From Octopus vulgaris (taxonomy: Eukaryota), in contig OX597821.1 of the NCBI GenBank assembly GCA_951406725.2, positions 102,982,001 to 103,046,000 on the forward strand: 64,000 nt of DNA. The letters are read 5' to 3'. Below are positions 43,487 to 57,439 of this stretch, piece after piece (within the stretch, counting starts at the first letter, position 1; every line of letters starts with the position of its first letter). The translations under genes and the position numbers were made by a program. Below the pieces are notes generated by a model that was not told the origin of the DNA, ran no database searches, and saw only the letters and a program-made list of their open reading frames with translations.

Positions 43487-44098
43487 CTGTTTGCCAAAAG
43501 CGGAGGAATGGCGGAGGAGGGAAGAAGAACGGTGTGGCGGGTTTGTGTGTAGGGTGAGGTGGTGGATAAGGATCCACGGGGTCATGGCCTTAATTCGCTT
43601 TAGGGAAACTTTAAGTGTTTGATCGACCTGCTAGAAATAGCAATAAAAAAATTGCCCTCAAAATCACACCATGCGGATTAGATCATGTAGACCTAGGTTC
43701 TTTCCTGCATGATGGTCACATATGGAATAATGCACTTTTTGTCGTTTATCATTTTCTTTTATCTTTTACTTGTTTTAGTCATTTGACTGCGGCCATGCTG
43801 CAGCACCGCCTCGAAGAATCATTTAGTTGATTGTATTGACCCTTGTATTTTTTAAAGCCTGGTACTTATTGTATTGGTCTCTTTGTCGAACCTCTAAGTT
43901 ACGGGGACGTAAACACACCAGCACCAGTTATCAAGCGGTGGGGGTGGGGGAAAACACAGAGAGAAAGTCACACACTCACACATACACACACACACACACA
44001 GTTTCCGCCTACCTAATCCACTCACAAGCCTTCAGTCGGCCAGGGAATGTAGTAGAAGACACTTGCCTAAGGTGCCATGCAGTAGGACTGAACCATTT

Positions 44099-44585
44099 GA
44101 ACATGTATCATACATCAAAATGAAGCTGATCCTCTGTGGATCACATCCCTACATCTCAACATAGTCACCGTTTCTCTCAATAGCAATGTTCCACCTTCGA
44201 ATGAGAGCATGTATCCCTGCCCCGTAAAATTCTGTTGACTGTTCTTTGAGCCACTTCTTCACTACCTCCACACTCACCAGATTTAGCGCCTTCAGACCAC
44301 GAAAGAGGGTTTGAGAGGCAAACGTTATTCCAGTGACGAGGAAGTGAAAACTGTAGTGAAGAAGTGGCTCAAAGAGCAGTCAACAGAATTTTACGGGGCA
44401 GGGATACATGCTCTCATTCGAAAGTGGAACATTGCTATTATGAGAAACGGTGACTATGTTGAGAAGTAGGGATGTGATCTACTGCATGAAGGACAAGCTT
44501 CATTTTGATGTATGATGCATGTTCCTGTGTTGGTAATTATACCTGTCCTAAACAAAATGGCATTACTTTTTGACTCACCCTCGTA
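44099..44585 (+). mobile_element. Fold-back mariner-derived non-autonomous element
   Basis: Transposase C-terminus PPHSPDLAPSDH / KEGLRGKRYSSDEEVKTVVKKWLKEQSTEFYGAGIHALIRKWNIAIMRNGDYVEK* (stop 44467-44469). The right TIR is ATTACTTTTTGACTCACCCTCG followed by TA. 44099-44265 is an inverted copy of 44353-44524. Confidence 0.85.
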
Positions 44586-45715
44586 TAACAAAAATGGTTA
44601 AATCATTTTGTGCATTGAAGAAGTATAACCGTTTTATTGCCCTTAAAATGTAACAACAAAAACTTATATGGAACCCTAAGGGTCATGTGAACCCAGTTGA
44701 GAACCGCTGCTCTAGAGGATGAGCCGTAATTATCAAAAGGTAATTAAGACCAGCTTCATTTAAGATGGTGGCTTAATCTCAAGATTCAAGAATTCTCTAG
44801 AGTTAACCTTGCTATGATATTTCGGAAGCAGACAGGCTTATTATGTCCTCTTAGCTCCTGACAAAATCTTGTTTTTTTTTAAGGTCATGTCAGCTTTGGA
44901 GAAATCTTGATTCTTCAGATTATCTCTGCCTCTCATTTGAAACTGGTCTTAATTTTTATTTGGCAATTATGATAGGCCCAAAAGCGGCGAGTCAGCAGAA
45001 TCGTTAAGCGCGCCGGGTAAAATACTTAACGTGTTATTGTCGAAAGAGTTACCCGATGGAAGCTGATAATTGGAGGGCGAGGAAGTAATAAGATGCGAAA
45101 ATAACAGGAAAACAAGCAAATCATATTTATCACTCCCAGAATACTATACTGGTATGATTCACTGCCGAAGTTCACGAAGAACAACATTTCTTGTGTAGAC
45201 ATGAGGAGGCACTAACACACCTTGGCCTTCTGAATTTTCAGTTTGTAATTTCAAAGTGTTCCTAAACCTGACCTAGATTAGGTCATTTTACAGGGTAGAC
45301 TACGGATGCTGCGGTAGACCGCACGCTGAAGTGGTATCGAAATCTCTTATGACTGTTGCGATGACAGGGATTCATCTGAAGTTATGAATATTAAAACGTT
45401 ATGAGACAACGAAGATAGCAAAGTGAACTTCCGAATCCGCCCTCCACCAAATAATAATAAAAATAAAAATAAATAAACAGAACGAATCGAGCTCTAGTCG
45501 AAGGATTTAGAAAGTATAAATCTTATAAAAAGGAACAAATTCAACAGTTTCGAATGCAGGAGTACTGTGTGGTAAGAAGCTTACTTCCCAACCACATTGT
45601 TCCGGGCTCAGTCCCACTGCGTGGCACCTTGGCCAAGTGTCTTTTACTATAGTCCCGGGCCGACCACAGCCTCGTGAGTGGATTTGTAAGACGAAAACTG
45701 AAAGACGCCCGTCGA

Positions 45716-45791
<76 letters not shown>

Positions 45792-45884
45792 CACACACAC
45801 ACACGCACACATATATGTAGAGTAATGACTCTGTGGTAAGAAGCTTGTTCCCCAACCACTCGGTTCTGGGTTCAGTCCCACTGC

Positions 45885-46397
45885 GAGGCATTTTGGAGGA
45901 GGGTGACAGTCGATTAGATCGACCCCATTACCCAAATGGTACTCAATTTATCGACCCCGAAAGGATGAAAGGCACAGTCGAGCTCGGCGGAATATGAACT
46001 CAGAACGTAAAGGCAGACGCAATACCTATTTCTTTACTATCCACAGAGAGGACAAACAAGGACAGACAAACGGTTTAAGTCGATCATATCGACCCCAGTG
46101 CGTAACTGGTACTTATTTAATCGACCCCAAAATGATGAAAGGCAAAGTCGACCTCGGCGGAATTTGAACTCAGAACGTAGCGGCAGACGAAATACCGCTA
46201 AGCATTTCGTCCGGCGTGTTAACGATTCTTTTCTACGCTAGGCACAAGGCCCAAAATTTGTGTGGAGAGGGCCAGTCGGTTAAATCAACCCCAGTACGCA
46301 ACTGGTACTTAATTTATCGACCCCGAAAGGATGAAAGGCAAAGTCGACCTCGGCGGAATTTTAACAGGCGCGCTAACGATTCTGCCAGCTTGCCACC
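45885..46397 (-). mobile_element. Chain of three SINE family B units
   Basis: Three core blocks, with junction GCAATACC|TATT at ~46026. Confidence 0.8.
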
Positions 46398-48469
46398 TTC
46401 TTCCTTGCAAATAACAGCCAATGGGAAATAAATACATTATTTCCCTGGAAGACTGTCTCGATTTTTGAAATAAAATGATTGAATGCCAAGGATTCCTCTG
46501 AAAGGCTTTTTAATAAACTTTTCTGGCTATTGAAAGATACCATTAAATTTGTGTTTCGACATATGGGAAATTCACAGGAAAGTTTTACAACTGAATTCAA
46601 ACTTTTCTGTCGCCATATTGCAACAATGGACTCTACTTATGATAAGACGGTTCTTCTTTTTCAGAATTAGTAGGAAAAATTCTTCCAACTAAACTACCAA
46701 CCAACCAACCAACCAGCCAGCCAACCAACCAACCAACCAACCAACCAACCAACCGACCGTCCAACTAACCCAACATCTTTCCACTGCTACGATCGTTGTT
46801 CAAGTTCTTGTTGTCTTCTTACCTCACCAATCACCAGTTTTGTACGTGTTGTTGTTGTTAATTAGACCAAGACAGCAGCCCTGGTGGAGCAGATAAATGA
46901 TGAATGACAATCTAGCCATGACCATCTCATTTTGTATATATCTCAAGGAAACCTATTTATAAAACTGCGCCCTTCCTTTCTTTGTGAGACAGTGTAATTT
47001 AAGAGAGAAGGCTGCTATTTCTTGCAGATCTAGCGACCGTATAAGCGATTTTATCATTGGCTTATTCCGGAATTAGGTTGCTTTTCATTGGTCGATAGCA
47101 AATTCTTCCGCATGCTTGAGTGCTATGCACGCGCGTGCGTGTATGAATCCCTACCGAGTGAAATGTGTATGCGTGTATGCATGTATTGAATATGTGTGTT
47201 TACGTGTGTGTGTGAGTGCATATACGTGTGTATGTATGTGTGTGAGTGAATTTGAATGTATATTTATGTGTGAATACATGTTTAAGCATGTTTACGCGCG
47301 CGCGCGCGCACGTGTCTGTGTGTGTGAGTGTAGATAAGAGTGTATGTATGTATGTTTGTGTGTGTATATGTGTGTGTGTGAAGGCTTATAAGTACGTTTG
47401 TGTGTCTGCATACATATGTATGTATCCTAATGTGTTTGTGTATGTGCGAGTCATAAGTGTGCATGTATGTTTATGTGTGTGTGAATGCTTAAAAGTGTGT
47501 ATGTATCTATGCATGCATGTATGTGTTTATGTATATATGTATGTATGCATGTATATATGCATACATGCATGTGTGTGTGTATGTATGTGTGTGTGCATGC
47601 TTGTGTATGTATGTATTTATGTATGTATGTATGTATGTGTGCGTATGTATGTATGCATGTATGTAGGTATGTATACATGCATGTATGTATGTATGTATGT
47701 ATGCATGTATGCATATGTGTATATATATATGTATGTATGTAGGTATGCATGTATGCATGTATGTATGCATGCATGCTTGCATGCATATATGTATGTATGT
47801 ATGCGTGTATGTGTGTATGTATACATATATGTGGATATGAATGCATATGTGTATGTATATATATGCAGGTATGTATGTAAGTATGCGTGTATGTATATAT
47901 GTATGTATGCGGCTGTTTATTTGTTGCAATTTTCCTTCTATTACAAGCACTTGGTGAAATCACTTAGCGAGATTCAATACTGCGCTAGCAAGTCCATATA
48001 TTACATATATTACACGTAACACACGTAACAAACGGATATATACACATGCATGTAACAGACGAATGTACGCACATTCAAGGCACGTCTCCGTGTAGACACA
48101 TTCATAAGAAGCATACATGCTCTGAATGTCTGTATATTTGCTAATCATAGAAGCACGCACTTATACATTCATATACAAATATTATAGACGAATTATGTAC
48201 ACATATATTTAAATGGCATACATACATACATACATACATACGTACGTACATACATACATACATATATACGTACATACATACATACATACATATATACATA
48301 CATTGTGTCGCATACGCAAACATATATACTTACATACAAGCATGCGCGTATACGTAAAGGCACTTTAAAGTATGCGCTTATACGAACGCATGCATTTATA
48401 AATAAATACATACATACATCCTTACGTACTTACGTATATGTATACACAGATGTGCGTACGTGGATATAC

Positions 48470-48534
<65 letters not shown>

Positions 48535-48555
48535 GAGAGAGAGAGAGGGGGTAGA

Positions 48556-48692
48556 GAGATAGATAGATGGATAGATTGATAGACAGATTGATAGATAGAC
48601 AAACAGACAGACAGACAGATAGACAAACAGACAGACAGACAGACAGATAGATAGATAGATAGATAAAAAGATAGATAGATGGACAGATAGAT

Positions 48693-48764
<72 letters not shown>

Positions 48765-48780
48765 GATAGATGGATGGATG

Positions 48781-48862
<82 letters not shown>

Positions 48863-48868
48863 TGGATA
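48556..48868. repeat. (GATA)n/(GACA)n tetranucleotide tract
   Basis: Read directly from the sequence. Confidence 0.95.
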
Positions 48869-49062
48869 GTCACACACATTTTACCATTTCAAGTTTTCCA
48901 GACAGCCAACTCAATAACCGACCAATTTATTTTGCACGTAATGCAGTGGTTTTGAAAGAATCGCGTATAATGTATAAAGTATACAAAGCGTAGAATGAAA
49001 AGAGGAGTGAAACAAAAATGGAATAGGTGGGGGTGGGACGGGTGGAACGGGTCGAATCGAGG

Positions 49063-49140
49063 GGGTCAGAGGTCGGAGGTCACGTGTGCCGAGGTTGTTG
49101 GGAGTGGGGGTAGGATAACGTCATGTTTGAACTTTGACCC
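49063..49140. promoter_or_regulatory. Candidate nuclear-receptor DR1 cluster (enhancer)
   Basis: GGGTCA-G-AGGTCG-G-AGGTCA (49063-49082) overlaps the E-box CACGTG, and TGAACT-T-TGACCC lies at 49128-49140. Confidence 0.4.
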
Positions 49141-49258
49141 AGAGCTTCTGCAGCGCCAAGTATCTCAGTAATGCTGTTGCCTTCAGGGCAAGTTTATCGA
49201 TTTTATTTATTTATTTACTTGTTTGTTGTGGCGTAGTAAATAGGTCTTTTGTTTTAGA

Positions 49259-49293
<35 letters not shown>

Positions 49294-49347
49294 TGTGTAC
49301 GTGCGTGCTTGTGTGTATGTGTGTGCGTGTATATATATATGTGTGAT

Positions 49348-49385
<38 letters not shown>

Positions 49386-50001
49386 TGTTGTTGCTTAGCT
49401 TCCATCTCAGCTCTGACAAAGCAGACCTGTTATCAATGGCGTTCCAGCCGCGACTTCTCCATCTTACATTTCAGACATTTTTGAAAGACGGTAACAAGCA
49501 ATTTAAGAGTAATTTAGCTACTAAAGGGGAATAAATAACGACACGCTTCAGTCGGTTAGACATCACCAGCACAGCAGGAATTACGTTATTCCACGGTTTG
49601 AAAAAAGTTTTTTCCTTCACTAGTTTTAGTTGACTAAGCGATCTCAAAGAGGCTTGCCAATGATATAGTTGTTTTATACAATTTGTTATTCATTTTTCAA
49701 ATGAATGTATATTTTTCAAATGTATGTATATGTGCATGTAGATGTGTATAATATATATACATATATGTGTGTATGTGTGTATATATATAATATATATATC
49801 ATATACATGATATATTTATTATGCATATAATACATACATACACACACACACACACACATATATATAATATATATATAAATAAATATATATACACACATAC
49901 AATATATATATCATGTTAATTGTTTACAATTAACGTGAAAAAAATAGATAAACAGTTACCAGTGTAGCAATGCTAAAATGTCTTACTGACGAGTTTTATT
50001 T

Positions 50002-50097
50002 CTTCATTTTCCTGAAGAGAAGACTACACTGTTTTACACTATTTTATTCCTTTGGAATAATACCAATGACATCTTCGAAACATTTGTAGGAAGGAAG
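50002..50097 (+). ncRNA. Type I hammerhead ribozyme
   Basis: CUGAAGA at 50012-50018; stem II GAAGA/UCUUC; GAAA at 50077-50080; stem III AC-AUUU-GU; cleavage triplet GUA at 50086-50088; stem I CUUC(A)UUUUC pairing with GGAAGGAAG. Confidence 0.7.
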
Positions 50098-50182
50098 TAA
50101 AAGAATTTGAATAACACCTGCGTTTAACTCCATTTATATATATATATATATCCGTAAATGTAATATGTGACAATTATTCGGT

Positions 50183-50255
50183 AGCCATGATAAAACTCCC
50201 GAGTTTCGGACGTCGGGGTAGAAATCCACGGTGCCATCTCTTCAGTTATCTGGCC
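50183..50255 (-). ncRNA. Type I hammerhead ribozyme
   Basis: Minus strand reads GGCCAGAUAA-CUGAAGA-GAUG..CGUC-C-GAAA-CUC-GG-GAG-UU-UUAUC-A-UGGCU. Stem I is 5+5 bp with a single bulge, the triplet is GUU, and there is one extra C at the base of stem II. Confidence 0.65.
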
Positions 50256-50577
50256 ATCGGAAAAAAAACGCCCTTAGAGGTAGAGGCATAAAATGGACGA
50301 AGAAAATAAAAGAATATACATACATACATACATACATACATACATACATACATGCATATACAGGCTAAAGATCGCATTGAAGAATATGCTGTAAACTTTC
50401 TGAAGCTGATGCAAGCGTAAGCCGGTCAGTAACGTTTGATTATGTAGGCGCGTGCGTGTGCGCGTGCGCAAAACTCATTTTGTGAAAATAGACACCAAAA
50501 TATTTACAGCAAAACTTTTATAATGAAAACACTTTTTACGTGGAAACATAATCTTGTATGCATATTCTTTTAGTCTT

Positions 50578-50965
50578 CTATTCTTTTACTTGCTTCAGTT
50601 ATTTTACTGCGGCCATGCTGGAGCACTGTCTTTAGTCGCGCAAATCGACTCGAAGACTTATTCTTTGTAAGCCTAACATTTATTTTATTGGTCTGTATTG
50701 CCGAACCGCTAATTTTGCGGGGATGTAAACACACCAGCATCGGTTGTCAAGTGATGGTGAGGGGACAAACGTCGACACACAAATACACCCCACCCCCACA
50801 TATATTTGTATATACGACGGGCTTCTTACAGTTTCCGTCTACCACATTCACTCAGAAGGCTTTATGTGGCCCTAGGCTATAGTTGAAGCCACTTGCCCAA
50901 GGTGCCGCGCAGTGGAACTGAACCCGGAACCATGTGGTCGGGAAGCAATCTTCTTACAACACACA
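50578..50965 (-). mobile_element. SINE family A
   Basis: Family A sequence. Confidence 0.8.
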
Positions 50966-51343
50966 CATATATGCCTGTGCCTATATATCTTTATATACGT
51001 ATATGAGGCGTTTGTCAACAAGCGATGCCGATATATAATGTGAGAAAAAGGAAAAATAGAATTTATGTATGTGTTTGTGCAAAGAATATGATAGATATTT
51101 GGAGACAGAGATAGATAAACAGATAGATAAATAGAGGGAGAGAGAGAGAGAGGAGGGAGGAGAAAATGGAGAGAGAGAGAGAGAGAGAATAGAATGTAAG
51201 GAGAAGGGTGGAGCGATTAAATGGTTCCCATGCATTTTGCTTTTCACGAATATGAAACACGTAATGTATTGTGGGGCAATTAAAAGAAAGATTCTCATAA
51301 ATATAAACCGCGTGTGTTTGTGGGAGGAAACTATGCATGTAAT

Positions 51344-51397
<54 letters not shown>

Positions 51398-51517
51398 CAT
51401 ACATATGTAGATACTCTCATATGTATGTATGGAAGTATTTGCATCTATGGAAGCACACATGCATGTGTGTATATATGTCGGTTTGTTTATGCACACGCAA
51501 ACACATACTACTACTAC

Positions 51518-51584
<67 letters not shown>

Positions 51585-51594
51585 GCTACTACTA

Positions 51595-51802
51595 AGGCGG
51601 CAAGCTGACAGAAACGTTAGCACCCTGGGGCGAAATGCTTAGCGGTATTTCGCCCGTCGCTACGTTCTGAGTTCAAGTTCAGCCGTGGTCGAGGATAAGG
51701 GGGTCGATGAAATAAGTACCAGTTACGCACTGGGGTCGATATAATCGACTAGCCCCTTTTCTCCCCACCAAAATTCTCAAGGCCTTGTGCCTGGAGTAGA
51801 AA
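51595..51802 (+). mobile_element. SINE family B
   Basis: Head GGCGGCAAGCTGACAGAAACGTTAGCAC..GAGTTCAAGTTC and tail GGCCTTGTGCCTGGAGTAGAAA. Confidence 0.8.
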
Positions 51803-51978
51803 TATTTATTACTGCCGCTACTTCATTATTTAAAAACTTGATTCGGTATTTTAGATAATAATATAACCCCTGCTCAATATGTTGAGTGCCTCTCGCTTTC
51901 GTTTGTCCACTCCCCCCACCATATATATATATATAAACAATAATAAATCTCTGGGCGAGATATAAACAGTAACTGCTC

Positions 51979-52121
51979 TATAACATAAGAGGGATCAGCC
52001 ATCTGAATGTGGCTAGGGTCAGGGCGGGGTGGTGGGGGTGTTACTGGGGCTAAATGCATCAGTAACACCCCCACCACCCTGCCCTGACCTAGCCACATTC
52101 AGATGGCTGATCCCTCTTATG

Positions 52122-52126
<5 letters not shown>
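51979..52126. mobile_element. ~148-bp fold-back hairpin element (MITE-like) ending in TA
   Basis: Arms 51979-52046 and 52060-52126 are near-perfect reverse complements around a 13-nt loop. Confidence 0.8.
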
Positions 52127-52181
<55 letters not shown>

Positions 52182-52534
52182 GCATAGGTATGTGTGTTTA
52201 TATTTCAGCACATAGACACCACCAAACACAGTGGTTTGGTTATATACATATGAATTTGGTGACCACGTGGTTCCAGAATCGGCCGGCACATTGTATTGCT
52301 TCCAAGATTAACCTCACACTGACCAGTGCTATAGGGACAGTATTGGGTTACATTAAACTAAATCCACACAGCAGTGTGTGAGTGATATCGAGACAGAGGC
52401 CGCAAGACATCAATGGATACGTACATTGTACATGTGGATTTGATATTTTGATATAAATTGTGATGAATCCTTGTGTAGATGTATTCCAACTGGATCTGGT
52501 CAAGGAGGTATGGAAGGGAATTTCAAAAGCTATG

Positions 52535-53075
52535 GTTTACCCTACAGTCAAATGGCGTCTTGGTTTGAAATGGTTACAACATTCAGGGTCCCTAGGCTAT
52601 GGGGTACTTTAACCATTTAAGCAGGTTACAATGCAGACAGTAGCACAGAATGTGACAGTAGAAAGGTATCTAAAAGTCATGACCTCGATGTGGCCTAGAT
52701 CCCCTTAAAGTGTAAGAAATTAAGGGCCAAATCATTTGTATTAGCGGTGAGGGGTATTCTTTTATGAATACCTTTTATTGTTCGACTCTCCCTGAAATTT
52801 TGGTTTTTATTCGCTAGAACATGTTGACGACTATGTAATAGGATATGACCAAAGTGGAATAAAAGTGAGTTTTATGAGATAATTTACCCTACGTTCTGTT
52901 GGTGTCTTAGACCAGAATGGTTACCACATCAAAGATACCGAGGCACCTTGTGTTTCTGGGAGGTGCAGCTTGCAATGCAGACAATAGCACGGAATGGGAA
53001 AGCAGAGGGGTATCTAGGAGTGAAGACCTAGACGTGGATCGTTATCCTTAGAATGTAAGGAGTTAAGGGCCAAAA
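52535..53075. repeat. Diverged direct repeat pair (~200 bp; 52535-52735 and 52883-53075)
   Basis: TTTACCCTAC..AATGGTTAC..CAATGCAGACA.TAGCAC.GAATG..GGTATCTA..TGTAAG...TTAAGGGCCAAA is found in both copies. Confidence 0.75.
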
Positions 53076-53671
53076 CAATCTGAAGACCTTCCTGCTTTTC
53101 ACCTCTTCCTAGAGTTTTTTTTTACTACCGACTCACACACGCATATACACATATACGTTACATTAACTGCATACAATACACATACATGAACTATTGACTG
53201 ACATCACAAACATACACCATTCACGTACTCCCTTTCTCACTCACTCCCTCACTCATTCTCTATCCCTTTCTCTCTGTGTGTCTCTCCGTGTCTCCTCCCC
53301 TCTCTCTCTCTATCTCCACGCATAAACACTGTAGAACTACATAAACTCTCGAAGGAGACTGTACGATGCCACTCGACTTGCAAGAAACAGCAGCCGAATT
53401 TCCGTCAAGTGATAGCATTACTGTCTTTAATAAAAGTAACCATTTCATAATATAACTCCAGAATACACTGTACCTGAAAATGTGGAGAGAGGGTCATGAT
53501 TAGAACGCCTTGGTCGTAGGCTTTCTGGATCTAAATGTCCTGGGCAAACAACAACATACGTGAGCACGTGGTGTTCACTAAGGCGTAGCGCCATACAGCT
53601 CAACTGGTTTGCAGAATTTCGTATACATGAATCACCTATGCATAGGAAATCGATTAAACTAGAATATTGAA

Positions 53672-54000
53672 CGCCTGATGGAATGTTTGATAATGACAGA
53701 TATTTGATAATGTCTTGTTATAGACGTCTGTTAATTTCTAGTGTAATGCCAGAATGGAATATCTGGTGCAACTGACTAATTGTTTAATGAAATGTCTAAT
53801 GGAATGTCTGATGAGATTTTCTTGTTTGATTTAATGTTTGATGGAGCGTCATGTCTGATGGAATGTTTGATGAAATGTCTGAAAGAATTTCTAGTTTAAC
53901 GTATGATGGGATGTTTGATAGAGTACTTGAATAAGTATGTGAAAAGTCTGATGTAATGTTCGATGGAATGTCTGACAGAATATTTAAACAAGCAATATAA
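53672..54000. repeat. Degenerate ~12-bp tandem repeat ((C/T)TGATGGAATGT)
   Basis: TGATGGAATGT and TGATGAAATGT variants recur. Confidence 0.65.
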
Positions 54001-54374
54001 GACAGAAATATGTGAAACGTTTTCCTTACGAACACTAGAAGGGAGACTCAATGTGGTCTCTCAACCGGCTAGAAATAATAACCACATCTAATCATTCTCA
54101 AAAACCTTATACGATAGTTAATAATTGCTGATGTACACTATTCGCAAAAAGAAAAAGAAAAAGAAAAAAAGACCAGCCAAGATCAATATGGTGCTGAACA
54201 GGCACCAATACAGCAATAGGAACGCGCCTTATAGAGTACTGGGGGCGATTTGTTCGATCAAAACCGTTCGAGGTGGTGTTCCAGCATGGCCGCAGTGCAA
54301 TGACCGATACAAAGGTACACGCACGCAGACATACATAAAGCGAAAACCGCTGAATCTATTCATTCGATCACACA

Positions 54375-54442
<68 letters not shown>

Positions 54443-54922
54443 AGCATTTATTACATTTAAGCCACACACACACACGCGCCTGCAAGTAAACGCACACACG
54501 TGACTGCGCGCAGACGCGACACGCGTGTATCGTTTTCTAATGTTGACAAAACATGCTGCTGAAGATACGCACAAACACACACCGTACACATCACATACAT
54601 ATATACACACACACTCACAGACATAAGCATTCGCAAGCATACATATACATTCACAAATTTACACTAAAATATAACAGAAGCATAGGTTAAAACGAACTAA
54701 TTGATCGATTAATTGACTAATTGATCAATCACTGAAGGAGATAGGTTGTAGCCATGCTTGCATACATGCATACATACGTATGTATTTATGTATGTATATC
54801 TTATATTTATATTTATATATATGTGCATGTATATATGTGTATATATATTAAGTCGTCTGCATACTTGCGCATGTATGCGCGTTTATGTGTATAACCAAAT
54901 AAGCACGCGTTGGTGAAAGACG

Positions 54923-54962
<40 letters not shown>

Positions 54963-55045
54963 GCCTATCTATCTATCTATCTATCTATCTATCTGTGTGT
55001 GTCTATATCTATCTATCTATCTGTCTGTCTGTCTGTCTATCTATC

Positions 55046-55095
<50 letters not shown>

Positions 55096-55108
55096 TATAC
55101 ACGCATAT

Positions 55109-55158
<50 letters not shown>

Positions 55159-55416
55159 CAATACACGCACACACATATATATATTTGTCATATAAATACA
55201 AACTTTCAACTCCATCGAACGCACATACACACACACATATACACACAAACAACCACACATATATACCTGGAAAAGGTACATGTCTTTAGAGTTCTTGTGT
55301 TGGGTTTTCAATCACAGGGTCGTGTGTTCAATTCTCGAGCCGGCCTGTGCGATACCTTCTTAAGTAAGACATACATTGCTCCCCTCCGTCCCACATCCCT
55401 GTAGATGAGGGTGGAT

Positions 55417-55473
<57 letters not shown>

Positions 55474-55753
55474 TGTGTGTGTGTGTGAAAGGAATAATAT
55501 TCAAAATAACCCCACATCATATCGACATATTTGAAACAAATTTCATTTCATTTATATTGATTCTGCCATTGGGGGAGGCATGAATGCCACCAGCTCCCAT
55601 GCAAGAATTATTCAATGTGCTGACTTAATCAGTTCTGCTTGTATGTAGGAAATTGGTTTAGCGCCAATAAATGATAATCGATATTTATCTATCTCGCACA
55701 ACTCTCAAAGAATTCCAATCGATACAAATATGCATACATACATACATGTGTGT

Positions 55754-55807
<54 letters not shown>

Positions 55808-55911
55808 ATGTATGTATACGTCTATGTATTGTCTCTATATATGTGCATACAAGCTGATCAAATTGCTATACTGTCAGTTAAGTTGCTGTAGCGAAAGTGT
55901 ATATATATATA

Positions 55912-55965
<54 letters not shown>

Positions 55966-56616
55966 CATACATACATACATACATGCATGCAGGCATACAT
56001 ACATACATACATACATACATACATACATGTATACATGCATACATACATACATACATACATACATACATACATACACACACATGTATATATACTTACATGC
56101 ATATACACATATATGCATGCTCAGCTTGATAAATTTTATGTCGACTCACATACATACATACATATATAGAATTATCGATAATGGATGAAATTGCGTTTGA
56201 CACTTTGGTCGACAACTAATGCAGAAGAATTGGTGATCTTTTATGTTTTCTGTCCGTCTGTGCATTTAGTATATGCTCGTTTATTTCTTTACTACACGTT
56301 TTTTTAAAAATATATATATATATATATATATATAATGTATGCAATATATACAATACATATGATATATATTTCATAGTAGTAGCAGTAAGGATAGCCATGA
56401 TTGCAACCGGAATTACAGAATGCCTCCCATTTTGGTTGTAGTGAAAGCGGGTTGTAGTGAAAGAGGTTATATCAGAGGGATTATATCAGAGACCCTGCTG
56501 TGTGACTGGTACTTAATCTATCGATCAGCTCCGAGGGAAATGAAAGGCTGAGTGTACTTTTAACAGATTTCGATTTCTGTACTTACAGGGGACGTAACTA
56601 AACACCCAACACCGCA

Positions 56617-56750
<134 letters not shown>

Positions 56751-57171
56751 GTAGTTAATATATATACACGTAGTTAATATATAAACCAGCATATCTTTAT
56801 ATAGGGTAGAATTCCACGATTCCAGCGCGAAATTTGGTGACTGATTCCAGTTGAGAAATTTGGTTGAAAGAATTGAAACAGTTATTCATTATTTTGTCAA
56901 TGTTGTTTGTTTTTCAAAGGCATATTTTTCTTGATAAAATTTTAAAGTATATTAATATCACATTTGTTAATGTTAAACAATAAATTGTGCTGTGTACAAA
57001 ACTGCTTTTGTAGCTTAAGAAACAAATATTAATAAATGAATATAAGTTTTGGAGAGAAATTGTTATGAAAAATTTGGTCACGGTTCGATGGTATATAAAA
57101 ATAAAACAAATATTGAAGAAACAGTTGTCTAAACATACATATAAACAAAAATGTATATAAGGACACACACA

Positions 57172-57212
<41 letters not shown>

Positions 57213-57405
57213 ATAGTAGGAAAATGCAAAATGAGCAATGCATATGTGTATATATATACATAGTTGATTTTACCCACACACATACATATTCACACATGTA
57301 CATATTTACAGGGATATGGACAAGCATGGCTGTATTTTGGAAGGCATGAGTTAAACGAACTTTGAATACATATAATTTACATTTACACATACATATATAG
57401 ATACG

Positions 57406-57439
<34 letters not shown>

